A program made the translations under genes and the position numbers. A stretch of DNA of 61,398 nucleotides, filler included, from Choristocarpus tenellus KU-1152 (taxonomy: Eukaryota > Protista > Phaeophyceae), in NCBI GenBank assembly GCA_964200185.2. It is 9 parts of 9 records of this genome, joined end to end, with 100 filler letters (N's around TTAATTAATTAA, not from the genome) between each part and the next. Parts side by side here need not be neighbours in the genome. Positions count along the whole stretch, not along the records: positions 33,866 to 48,720 come from CAXNAD020001105.1; positions 48,821 to 53,297 come from CAXNAD020014377.1; 7 more parts are not named here. One strand, written 5' to 3'. Positions 38,218 to 50,700 of this stretch are shown one piece after another. Position 1 is the first letter of the stretch; every line of letters starts with the position of its first letter. Under the pieces are notes generated by a model. That model had not been told where the DNA came from. It made no database searches and saw only the letters and a list, made by a program, of their open reading frames with translations.

Positions 38218-40080
38218 CTACCTCTGTCCAATAGGTCTGGGTCGTTAATTTGTAGCTCTTTGGGATGACCTCCGATTACAAAATGGACCTTTGCGTTAGA
38301 CTCCTTTGAATATTTTACATTAAAATGCTATGTCTCGCCTTTATTCGACAAAATCAAACCACCAATCCAGGGCTGCCGTCTATTTCGACTGATCGAGCCA
38401 ACCCACCCTCCCGCTGCCTTTTTTTGGTCACAATGTGCTCTACCTCGAAATCGTTCCCCCCCAGCGCCCTTAACATCTTATTGTACCTCTTAAACAGACT
38501 CTGCCACACCCTCTTGTATGCGTCTGCGTCATACAAGTGAACTTATCTTGGAGGGTAAGAATTTTTCCCTGTTTGTCCGTTTGGGGCTTGGCTTCCCATG
38601 GATTTTTTTATGACATTTTCCTTTCACCTGCTTACATTATAATCGCACAACATTGGATTTTGGCCCCCAAACTTACGCGACTCTAGCCTCTAAGATGCTT
38701 TCACTCTACGTGTGGAACATGCTTGAAACCCCATCCACAAGTTCATCAACAGTGCTGTAACGCTCCGCTCTTCAGAGATGCAAAACCCCTCAAATCATTG
38801 ATGTTGAGATCTGGCGACTGCACTGGCTGTATCACAAGCTTAATGTTCCATCCCTCCTCCATCCCTGCTGCGTTCAGCTTCTGCACCGTGCCCTTGCCTG
38901 TATGCGGGGTCGCACCATCCTGATATATAGAGGCCCCCCTCAATTCCAGCCACAGAATTTTCTCCTTCATCGCTGTCAACAGCTGCTCTGTGTACCACTC
39001 CAGGTACCACTTGGCATCGACAGTGACATCAACCTCATACTCCTCACCCTTTGTGTGTCATGCTGTAGTTCGTTGCGCGTCCTTTGTGAGACAAACCAAC
39101 CAGATCCCGACCTTGCGATCAAAATCATGGGGAGGATCCGGGTGCAAAACAGCGGAGATGAACATCACTTTGGGAATGTGTCTCTTGTGCTGCACCTTAG
39201 TTGAGTCCACCTTTTCCTCCCCCACGAACATGCGCGCTGTCTCTCGTTCGTGGATGAGGTAGAACCACGCCTTATCGATGTGAACGGTGTTGAGGTCAGT
39301 ACTGTAGGTTTTGCGGTTGCGGGAGATCTGGCTGAGGATGAAGTCCGCCCTTTTCTTCTTGTGAGAAAACAGAAGGCTAGGGGTGATGCGCCGCTGAACC
39401 CTCGTTGTCCACATGACTTCGAGCCAGTGATGAAGCCTTGAGCTGCTGACTGCGAGGCCCGCTTTGGCGAGCTTGGTGGAAAGTTGGTTGATAGTCAGCA
39501 TGCAATTACTGGCGTTGACTTCCCGCATCTTCGCTTGTTTTGTTGGCGTAAAGTTCGACAGCCGTCCAGATCGTGCTTGTGATTTCGGGGAGACGATATT
39601 CCCCCTGTCTAGCTGTTCTTTGATGCATGCCCACACCCATCTAGGGTGTCTCTCTCCCACTTCAAACTCTTTCACCAATCTAGATCCCACACCTCTTGGG
39701 AGAGTCTCGTGACCCTGAGGAAGAGCCCGTGTGTAACACAGAGCAAGTGTGGTCGGACCTTCCTCGGTCAGGTTGCAGTTCTTTCCCAGAGATGGTGGAC
39801 TTCGTGCTGGGGCCGACGGGCTGTGGGCGCTCGCCATGGGGGTTGTGATAGTGTTGTACGGCTCCACACTGCACCAGAAACATTCAAAAGTGATAGGAAT
39901 ATGCCCCATCCTGTGTTCCACTCTTTCGGAACCATTTCAGAACATAATTCATTGTTGGATTCTTCGAAATTTCGTTTATTGTAAAATATTCCAAGGAATC
40001 CAACGCAAAAGTCCGTTTTTGTAATCGGACGTCATCCGAAGAGCTAAAATTCAAGGCCCAGACTTACGGGACAGAGGGAG
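38218..40080 (-). mobile_element. Decayed Tc1/mariner DNA transposon (plant-type DD39D/Stowaway-like) with TIRs and TA target duplication
   Basis: Transposase fragments with VHIDKAWFY, IYQDGATPH and SPDLNIND (40 residues between 2nd and 3rd D). Left end ta|CTACCTCTGTCCAATAGGTCTGGG, right end CCCAGACTTACGGGACAGAGGGAG|ta. Broken into several ORFs and interrupted by a MITE at 38535-38706. Confidence 0.88.
38535..38706. mobile_element. MITE family A (deleted) nested in the mariner transposase
   Basis: Degenerate TIRs; flanks tac / tac; removing it restores ..FHTYDAD.. in the transposase frame. Confidence 0.8.
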
Positions 40081-42003
40081 TATGATATAAATGTGTACTG
40101 GCGAGTTTGTGTTGTTTTGTTGACATGTAATTCGTTTGTCACAACCCCCAAAACGACCTTTCTGTCCCTCCCTGTACGTTAAATGCCAAAGGAGCACCAG
40201 AGGCAGTCCAAGCAGATCAAGGCACATGCACACTCACCACAACCACCAGTCTCCTGATTTCTCCTTTCCTCAGTATTTTTTGGGGGCGGGTTGGTCTATT
40301 CTTGCATTCCTTTCCCTCTCTCTTGTGTCACATCACATGAAGAGTAACGTTTTCAGATTGAATGAACCTGGTGTGACTCAAGTATCTTGGCGGTGAGGGT
40401 GCAATCACTACACCTATAGATACACTAAGTTCTGTATCATTTCATCCTTTCTCGTCTTAGCTACTTCTCTTTAGCTATTTTCAAGTTTTGCACAGTAACT
40501 ACAAATGTCAAGTGGTTTGTATTGCCTTAATTCAGATTACCTCTTTACTATGGTTCTGCACCTCGGGTCTGGGACCCCTCAGACTAACATATACTATAAT
40601 AAGTAACCTCTGACTATCAAGCCTGGTCCCTGTTCCCTGTCAGCATCACATCATGGTCAAAACTCTGGTACAGAAGGGAGGGGTAAAAAGAAGAAGAGCA
40701 TGAGAGAGAAAAGTTTGAAACTATTTCAGAGTCACTCTATATCGATCAAGGTGTTGGTGCTGATGCTGTGTTAGTTATTCACTGATTACTCAATACATAC
40801 TTGCTTATCAACAAATATATTCAAGGCATCTCTGCCTTCATTATCTATTCATAATACTGATAATACCCACTTACAAGAATGTGTGTCAGGACTTTATCTA
40901 CTAAGTAAGTGTAGCGTGTCTCCGATAAAGTAACACACACCAAAAATGACAAGGTCTTCAATTTGCTTCTACAATCAAAGATCAATAGCCAATACAATAG
41001 GGCAAATTTGACGATTGGCATCATCATATTTCAACAAAGCACTACATATAAGTGATAAAACACAATGGCAGACCAGGCAAAAGAACATATATTTTCATCC
41101 CTTAGAGATCCTAATTCTTCTGCCAATATCCTACAACAGTGACAATACAACACCAAGGTAAGGAGTTAAATACAAAACCAACAATGCAAAATTTCAGAAC
41201 AAAGGCAGAATAAAAAACATCCAGGCAAGGCTCAGTATCTCAGCAGGTGGACGGCAGGACAACTTCCTCAGTAGTACACCAATGACAGCTCCAATCGCAT
41301 CCTGAATGAAGCACAAAGGTGACCCCCATCTACCAAAGTGTTGCTCTTCAGTGTTGCCCCACTGTTTACCTTTCGCACAGTGGTGAAATCAGTTTTAATA
41401 TCTTGATCAACCCGAACCATTCCAAAAATCTTCCACAAGGCAACAGCAATATCACTTATCAATACGACAAAAAGAGGGGGAGTACCAATATCAAGGTAAG
41501 CTTAGTTATATCCTCCCCTTAGGACAATGAAGACAGCGACACACACACCCCAGACCAACCATTAACATCAACCATCAACCATCAACCATCAACCATCACC
41601 CAGGCCTAGAGGGAAGTACAAAAAGGGCCACTGGCAGTTGAAACCACCAGTATACTAGTAGCAGCACTCAGGGAACTTCTCCACAACCATTTCTCCCAAC
41701 AGGAGTGATGGGAGGCGTGCAATCAGGTGTTCGTCCCAACTACCGTCTTTCCAATCTTGTACATTAGAGAGCCCTCTCACCCCACCTTTGTACCATCACT
41801 GTTAATCTCCCTGCGGAACATGATACTGCCCCAAACACCCTTTTGCTCCCATCTCTCTGTACCCTCCCAGCCCCTTAAATTCAACAACAAATTAATGCCT
41901 AACCTCATGTCCTCCACACCAATCATACACAGTACGTGACACAATTTCAAGGAACATTCACCACAACAAAACTATCGATCCTCTTTGTCAATCCACACAA
42001 TTC

Positions 42004-45000
42004 TCAATTAGCTCCTCCTCGCCCCGAGCTTGGAGGTTCTCCTTCCCCCCCACCCAAAAATCCATCAGACACTTTCCCCGGCGAGGTGCGTAAAAGCCGC
42101 TGAATGAAAAATATACTCAGTAGGGACATCCACCCCAAAAAGGTACACGCAAGGGGGAAGGCGCTTTCACAATGATGGGCTGGTGATGGCATCCCTTCCT
42201 CCAAACTCTCTGTCTCATTTCCTCCATCCCCACCGCGATCCGCATTCCCCACAGTGGTCTTTGCATCATTCCCCCCCCCTCCCACAACCTCCATCTCCAA
42301 CTCCCCAGGTCCAACATGCTCTGCCAAGCGGTTTAAATCTGGGCTTTCCTCCCCATGCGGATGTCTTGCTATCCCTTTCACTCTACCCTCAGCTATTCGC
42401 TCTCCTGTCACCCCAGTATCGATCCTATTTCTCTTTCCACCCTTGTCCCTGCCATCAACTCCCCTTGTGCCACCATTGATCCCGTTCCCCCCATCAATGG
42501 AGGGAGAAGGATTGTTGACTGCATCTCGGACCTCAGCAAGCACCTTTGCTGCTGGTAACCACTCCTCAACCTCAGAAACTCCATCGGTAGCAAGGGGTTG
42601 ATGCTGCAAACTACTCACACAGCCCAGCACCTAAAACAATCATGTTGGAAAAAGAGCATGAGAAAAACGTTCCCTAATCTTGATAAAAAAAAGTTCATCC
42701 AGTTACACAATGATTCATCATCATCTTGAGGTTCATGACCTCACCCTGATGCATTTCAATCCCTCCCAGTTGAACAGGAATGCATCATCTCACATGTAAA
42801 AATATGGAGGAAGAGGGATGAGCCATGGCCATGAAAAAATATACATCAAAGAGCATTCAACACAACCTTGAGATGGGGTGCTGCAACCATGCACGTTTTG
42901 GGGTCAACCCCAACAGGGGAGAAACAAAAAATGGTATAGGGGTTAGAATACTTAATGGGTAGTCATACCTCTCCCAGAAGTACCTCCTCACACTTTTGCA
43001 CAAAATTACAGAACCTTCAGCCTCTCCTACCCCTTTGCCCTTCCACCCCCCCCTCAAACCCGAAATGACTTGATTCCTCTGTTCCCAGCAGACACAGCAA
43101 GAAACACAAAAATCAAGAACAATGACCATACATAAAAACCAGCCCGACATACAAAAAAAAAATTGCCACACTCCTAAAACTTGGTCACCCCAACAGCTAC
43201 AGGATACACAACCATAGCCCATTCCCAGCTCCAATCCCATCCTTCCCACCCATTTAATATATTGAGAGCCTCACCGGGGTCTGAGGCAACCAATCCATCA
43301 TGAGACCCCCCACCATAGGTCCTATAACCTCCCCTGCTCCAATTGCTAATGCATGTGCTGAAGCCACCATGTTGTCAGCACCTCGTCCCAGAGACGCCCC
43401 TTCGCCCTGCATCAGCTCAAAGGCAGGCACCGCTGCCATTGCACTCCCAACCTGGAAGGTTGCCATACCCACCCCAACAGAGCCCCGTACTCCATGGGAG
43501 CCTCCAACCATGGGTTGAAGGAATAGACTTGGCCCATGCAGGAAGAGACTTCAAAGAGACAAGGGATTGATTGGTGAGATATGAATAAGGACAGGAGGTG
43601 TGAAGGGCATGGGATTGGGGGGTTGGGGAGGAAAGGGAGAAATGAAAGCACTCCTTGTTGTACTGCAAACGGTGGTAATAGCATACTATGTGAAGGTGTA
43701 TAACACAGGGTCAGTTAAGAGTGGCTGTGTTGAAACAATGCCAGGTACACCTTTGCCCCTTATCCTACAATATAATGACCCACAGCACGAGTCAAGAGGC
43801 AGTATCTACTGCTTCATAGTACCAAATAGCACCATCTACAACCCAAAGTACAATATCGGTTTTACAAACACAAAGGGACCTCACCGACAGAGTTGAACTT
43901 GACATGATAAAAACGCTCTCGAGATAAAAAAAAAAAAAAAACATCCAAACAAGCCAACAAGCAAGAAGCAAAGCATCAGGAGGTCCAAGCAGCAAAGCAT
44001 AGAAAGATCGAGTGATAGAGGAAGGGGATAGCCTCAATCCCAAGACTACATCCACCCCAGCAGCCATGATGTGCATACCTTACGCTCATGAGACCCACAC
44101 CCCACAACATGGTCCGCCTTATGCCATATTGCTCCACAATCGCCTCTGCCTTGGAAGCCATAATGGTGTAGACCACATTTGGCAAGATAAAAACAAACCC
44201 AATTGACCTGGGAGATGTTGACAGCGTACGGTGTATGTGTGGCGCTAGGGTCACCTACAATCAGGCAAGGCCAAAAGGTTAGAGATAGCCAAAGTCAAGC
44301 ATAGGGATCGAAAAGGTTAGGGTTAGGGTTAGGGTTGGGGTTAGGGTTAGGAGTGAGGGTGAAAGTCCGTCAAAACAGTCAACGGGAAGATGGTGACCCA
44401 TAGTTTAAAAACATTGGGAGTACTTCTGGGGAGTTAGGGTTAGGGTTAGGGTTAGGGAGGAGGATAAATTGTCATGATGGATAGAATGAGCAATCGTGTA
44501 AGAATATGATCAATGAAACTTTCATGCTGCTATTGAAGGGTGAACCACAGGGTGAAGATAGACCAAGTATATTGTATACAGCCAAGTATATTGCATACAG
44601 GAAAGAGAGAGGCTGAAAGAGTAAATTGTCGTCTTGCCTCAAGAAACCCAATGATGGCATAATTGTAGGCAGTGATCAGACCCCCTGCCATAACACTCTT
44701 GTTCCTGGCCACTTTCATGAACGGAACAGGTAGGGTAGGACCATCCTCTGAAAGAGCTTCCTGTAAAGAAGGGAGGGGAGAATCAATCACAAAAGAAACA
44801 GAACAGGGGGGAAAGTCAAAGTATCACAGAGGGTATGTCCCATTTGTCTGTTTGGGGCTTGGCTTCCCACGGATTTTTTACAACTTTTTTACAACTTTTT
44901 CCTACTCCGAGATTTTTCCAAGTAGGTAAAATGTATACGTTATGAAAAGGTGTGTCCAGAACAAGGATATGGACACCTCCTAACTAACACGATAGCCAAA

Positions 45001-48000
45001 ATTACCTCAAAATCGCAACACTGGATTTTGGCCCCCAAACAGGTGCAGCTCTATCCTCTAAGGCACTTTGACCCAGGACGTAAGGAGTTAAGGTATGAAA
45101 ATAAGTGGACACGTCAGAAGGCAGCGCATGTTGAGGAAGACAGAAGGCAAGGAAAGAGGGGGCAAGAAGGAAGGGTGATGACTACAAGGCGGTGTCTTAT
45201 ACAATCATTTTTCCTATCGTTAATATCCAGTGACTCTTGCCTGACTTCCTGTCAAAATGTACCACAGTACCTCTCCTCAAATATCCAGTTAGTGTGATGA
45301 GGTCCTCTCTGCATCATTTAGTAGTGTATCATCATGTCCAGGAATACAGTCAAAGAACTGCGATACCACCATCGCTTATTCCACTAGCTACCTAGCTTTC
45401 CTACTCCATGATACCATGGAGTGCTTCTACCACACTATAATATATGATCTACAAAACAACGATATTACCACCATCAATCTCCAAGAAAGACACACACACA
45501 CAAACAACACACATGTAGAAACACATCACTCATTAACATACCAAAGGAGACGCCAATTCTAGCACCAGCATCGCAACCATAGTTAGCACCATGCCACATA
45601 CATGGCCAACCTGCAACAATACCCTGCCTCCCCTGGATTATCTTCCACGCACCATACGGATTCCAAGCAAAAAAATGGGGAGTTATCTGATGCTTTACCT
45701 CTCATCTAGTGAGCAATTGGCATACTTCCAAAACCTTTACAAGAAAGAAAAAAAAAACATCCTACGGCTTAGACACTCATTGTTAAGCACTCAGCACATT
45801 GTGTCTTCTATCCTATCCTGCTAAGTCTAGCTAGCAGTGATCCTAAGTCGCAAATCAGTGATCTTCTCATCCATTCCACCCATCTCTACAAACCAATTCA
45901 TTCATACACAAGCACCACCCTTCGTAAATAAGCTAAAGAAGCTAAATAAGCTAAAAAATAATAATAACAATAATAATCTCGAGATTTTACCACAACATCA
46001 CAATCACACCCCTTCAGAGGTAACACCGCTTCAGAGGCATGATAATAATAATAATAATGATAATAATAATAATGATAATAATAATAATGATAATAATAAT
46101 AATGATAATAATAATAATAATCTGCTCAAAAAAACAGTCTACTACTCAAAATCTGGCTACAGTGTTACCAAGATCAAATCAAGTTCAAACGGTTTGCCCA
46201 CGATTACTATCCAACAGCGTGCCCACCTTGTTGGCCCTGGCCATCATGTGATGTATTCTCGGGACACATAGGAGCATAACCAGGGGGAAGAGAGTCATGG
46301 TGTAGAATACACATGGCACTCCTCCAAGTGGGTATACAACTGTACCCAAAGGAGGCCCCAGCACAAGCGCAATTCCTGACCACACCTGGAAAGCAACCAC
46401 AACGGAAGCAGATATGGCAACACCAAAAAAACACCCACCCGTGGACAAACTAGGAGTTGGTAGATCTTCCATGGGATTATTGGGGATTATTGGGGATTAT
46501 TGGGGATTAGAGGGGATTAGAGGTGATCAACCTCCACAATAAAAAAAAAGGTTAGGATAAGGTTGAGCACAGTAGGGTTAACATGGCTTCGCAAATGTGC
46601 AGCAGTTGTTAAGGTGAATCCTTGGAAAGGGAGGGGAGGGGCTTGGAGGGGGGGGAATAGAGATGAGGGTATATATCAAGAGAGGTTGGAAAGAGTTGGT
46701 TCACAGCATGAGGGGGGAACACCTGAGGAAGAGGACATCAAGAGTAATATTATGTTTTTTCCCTTTCTCCCACCCGCAGGAGAAAAGGATAGTAAGATAA
46801 AAATTTTAAAAGAAAAAAGTATAACAAGTAACGGTTGGTGGGCCTACCAAACATTGAACTTTCCCAACCCAATACAAACCAAACTCAGTCCAGTCCAGTA
46901 AATCGTGAATATTATAATGACTAGTTTCAATACAATACACAATACAACACACAAGGAGGTAACGACTAGTCACACGAAAACAACTAACCCTAACCCTAAC
47001 CCTAACCCACATGCCGGAAATGATCATCTTTATATATATATATATATATATATAAACTGTTGCTCACCTCTATACCTCCCATGGACTCTGTTAGGCGATC
47101 AGGGAAAGCGCTGAGCAATGCAAGGCTGCTGATGTGCACAAAGCTAAGAGCTGCACCATGCATGCCACTCGCAATGTAAAACCATAAAATACTATTTGCG
47201 AGTCCATAGAGCATGGTGGACACCACAAGAAGAACCAAGCCCACAAACAAGATGTGCCACCGACCATACCTGTAAACGAACAAACCAGTCCAGTCCCCAT
47301 TTCCCAGCACCAGGGGCACCCAGGACCAAAAAATATCCGAACCATTCCAGGTTATAGGCCCCACCAAAAATAAATAATTAACCGAACCATTCCAGGTTAG
47401 GCCCCACCAAAAAATAAAAACAAAAAATATAACCAAAAATAATAATAATAACCAAAAAAAAATATATATATATATATAACCGAACCATCCCAGGTTAGGC
47501 CCCAATCAATCCCAGGGTCCAAACCACACCACGTCAACAACCACAGAGTCGCCCAATAGCCAGAACCATCGCCCAAGCCAACAACAGCCACAAGGACAGG
47601 ACCACACGAGGACAACAACCGTGACGGTTCAGTTCAAAGGGAAAGCATAGTATAAATAGTATACATGTTGGAAATAGTATAAATGTTGAAAATAGTATAC
47701 ATATTGGAAATAGTGTCAATGTCGATGAGGTGGGATAGATACAGGCAAGGAAATGTTGAGTGTTGGGGAAGGGGATTTTGGTGGGGTTAAGGCCGAGGCA
47801 ACGGAGTGTGCACCAGATATTCTTCATTGTGAATTTGCCACCGCTCCCACCTGTTCATTAGCCAGCCACAGAACGGCGACGCTATAAGGTTCATGGTTGG
47901 ATATGCCGCCATCACCATGCCTACCTTTCTTGCATACACACAGGTATGCATTCACACCATACCCCAGAAAATGTAGGAGGAAAAAAGTAGACAGTAATTG

Positions 48001-48720
48001 GGCAAATATGGAAGTGTCAGGGACAGCAGATGGGGATGGGTCTGGCAGACTTCAGGAGAGTCAAGTGTGTGTGCTTGAGTCTAGCCCGGGAGACAAGGTC
48101 CATGCAATGTATGCAAAGGGTGTTGTTCACTCTTAGGGCTCACTGGAGGAGACTGCTAGTTTCTTGTCTAGGTATTTGTCGGTAGCCACTCCCCTCCTCC
48201 ACAAAAAACTACCCGGAAAAATATCACACACCTTCCATTTTTGGGTTTAGCATTTCATACAGCACAGAATGGTGTGAATCCACAAACGTACACTGGCAGA
48301 TGGTTTCTTTGTACATGCCTAATTCCAGGCGTGCAAGAGCAAGAGCAAGAGCAAAAAATAAAAAAAATATTTTTGGCTGAAAACAAAAGTTAATCAAGTT
48401 CCCACTGAAGAAAGTACATCTTGGGGATACCTGTGACACATTTCAAGCCAGATCTGATATTGGCATATTCTCATACCCTACACATATTCCTGACATCCCT
48501 ATAAACACGGAAATGAGACATAGAAATTATCCTAACATAGAAGAATATTAAGGTCCCCACCCCCTTGCCACTCTCCTTATTTCCCTATATGTACCCCCCC
48601 CCCTCATCTATCCACAACCGTTACCTGTGTGGATGTTGATCCGAACTTAAAAGCCAAATAGGATGGAAGGTACGGTCCTAGAGCAGAAAAGGACATGGCG
48701 TTAGCAAAGGCAACCGCCTT
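42004..48720 (-). CDS. Major facilitator superfamily transporter (SLC18/VMAT-like), 5' end truncated by gap
   Basis: Eight phase-compatible exons: 48720-48625, 47924-47851, 47269-47068, 46385-46227, 44760-44638 (GC donor), 44254-44079, 43548-43275 and 42630-42004. MFS motif A-like GWLMNRYGRW, GPPLG and GPMVGG motifs, multiple hydrophobic helices. Confidence 0.85.
44315..44456. repeat. Interstitial (TTAGGG)n telomere-like tracts
   Basis: Two tracts of about 4-6 units in an MFS intron; also (CCCTAA)n at about 46984-47008. Confidence 0.85.
44813..45074. mobile_element. MITE family A in MFS intron
   Basis: Family A TIRs and interior; flanks ggga / agga. Confidence 0.85.
46039..46121. repeat. 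(AAT)n/(GAT) microsatellite in MFS intron
   Basis: Read directly from the sequence. Confidence 0.9.
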
Positions 48721-49599
48721 NNNNNNNNNNNNNNNNNNNNNNNNNNNNNNNNNNNNNNNNNNNNTTAATTAATTAANNNNNNNNNNNNNNNNNNNNNNNN
48801 NNNNNNNNNNNNNNNNNNNNGTGATTCTCTTCGCCACCCTTGCCTGAGTGAACCACGCCGCCACAGAATCACACGATTCACATAAGAACTAGAATATAAA
48901 AGAGTTCAGGAATAGGAAACATTGTAGCAAGAAATATTTGATCAGTGTATACTGATCCATAGAATAGGATTGATTTGGTGGTTAGGACCCCCTCCCTTGG
49001 GCTTGGACGCTCCTTTCAACTTCCTTGGTTCATCTACAACCTGTTCAAACCCAATGAGGGTTTAATCAAATCATATACATGCACAAGTCTTGGGAATGTC
49101 AGCTTCTTTAACATGCTAGCTAGCTTTACTTTTTGAAGTGTGCGAAGTTATCAAGGCTAGTGTATAAGGATTGGAGGGAGAGTCCCATTGGAGGCTGCCA
49201 TCGATTACAGCAGACGTACTTCGAGAAGAGTGGGGTATGAGAGACAACACCTGCAACACCACTTGATGGTGGAGGAATAGTCGAGTCAGAAATCGAAGAT
49301 GAAGATGAAGAGGCGGTTAGCAGAACCGCGAACCAGACAACTATTACAGGACAGAGAACGTGGCGGCTGATCCCGCTCCCGTCGAAGTCAAACGCTTATA
49401 GTGGAGATGATGAGGGTGAAGGTTACTCTACATTTGAGAGAAACTTCCTTTCGTGTGCTGCCATGGAGGATGGAAAGATGTCCTTTGCCAGAAGGTCATA
49501 TAAGGGTGAGTTGTGATTGTTTTGACGAGTTGAGATGGATGGAACAAGAAGTGGAAAAAGCGAGATACCTATGACAGCTTTGGTGGTGGGTTTGGATTA

Positions 49600-50700
49600 G
49601 TAAAATGAATTGCAGGTAACCATGACAGTCCTTCGGAAGCATCTCAAGCCTTGAGGAACCAGTTTGCCAGAAATGGTGTTATTGAGAGAGCAACCATGTG
49701 GTCCAAGCTTTATTCTCTTTATCTACCGGTGGGGGAGGATCCGTCCATGGTCATCATGGAACAGGACATGATTGTCAAGAAGATGAGATCGATTGATGAT
49801 GAGCCTAGTGAGGAGGCTCAATTAAGTGCAATGCATAATTGCATTACGGATTAATACTTATCGAGATAGGTCAGGATACTGGGAGGGGGCGTGCAGCCAG
49901 ACCTGATCTTCAAAGACGAGTTTGTGATACCTAACCCTTACACAAACAAAAACGAGAACGACAGGTGGTGAGCAATGGTGGGGCATTGATGGTGGGTGGG
50001 GCACATGTGAGAGGTGGAATCACAGGATGTCGAAAGGATCGACAATCAGGACGGGCGGAGCGCTGGCCGTGTGGAGGACCACACTTTCAATCCTCTTGCC
50101 TCACTGCTGCTCCTCGCATTCCGGATCGTACACCGCCGCTTGTTGTGTTTGTGGCGTGACAGGACACAAGGCTTACTGTTGTCCTAAACGCGCTGGAGCT
50201 GTTGGAGTGACTGGTCAAATATCGACCAATTCTGGACCAAATCCCGTAACAATAAGGAAGAACGGTAAAGGAATGCAGAGAGGTGATGCTAACAACAGTG
50301 GTGAAGCTGGCAAGGAAGAATACAAAGCAAGTGGTACATCAGTGCAGCTTAGAGGATTCCCCTCGGTTAGCAATGATGGGGGTCTGATGAAATAGGATCA
50401 ATTTTGTTTCTTTGACAGTGCACGTTCACGACATATGACGAATAACCCTACTGCTCTGACAGATCCAGAAGAACCTGTGGTAGGGATATCAGCGACTGTT
50501 GGTGATGGAAAGGTCACAAGTTTCAGCCATTGGTGATTTTTCACTATGTTTTGTACAGAATGGGGAAGTCTCCAACTTCATCTTGCAGAATGTGTTACCT
50601 GTCCCTGGGTTGAAATTTAATCTCTTCTCAATGATCAAGCTGCACTCAGTCATTTTTATGTTTGCTGTAGTAAGAGTCAGACAACTACGATAGCAGAGAT
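49600..50700 (+). mobile_element. Degenerate Ty1/Copia gag-protease region
   Basis: Gag-like segment (49651-49854), two zinc-knuckle remnants (PCGGPHFQSSC; CCVCGVTGHKAYCC), protease FFDSARSRHMT, and NVLPVPGLKFNLFS typical of Copia pol; many stops and frameshifts. Confidence 0.8.

Noticed and set aside
44315-44456. True chromosome end
   Set aside because: Short tracts inside an intron, with exons of the same gene on both sides.
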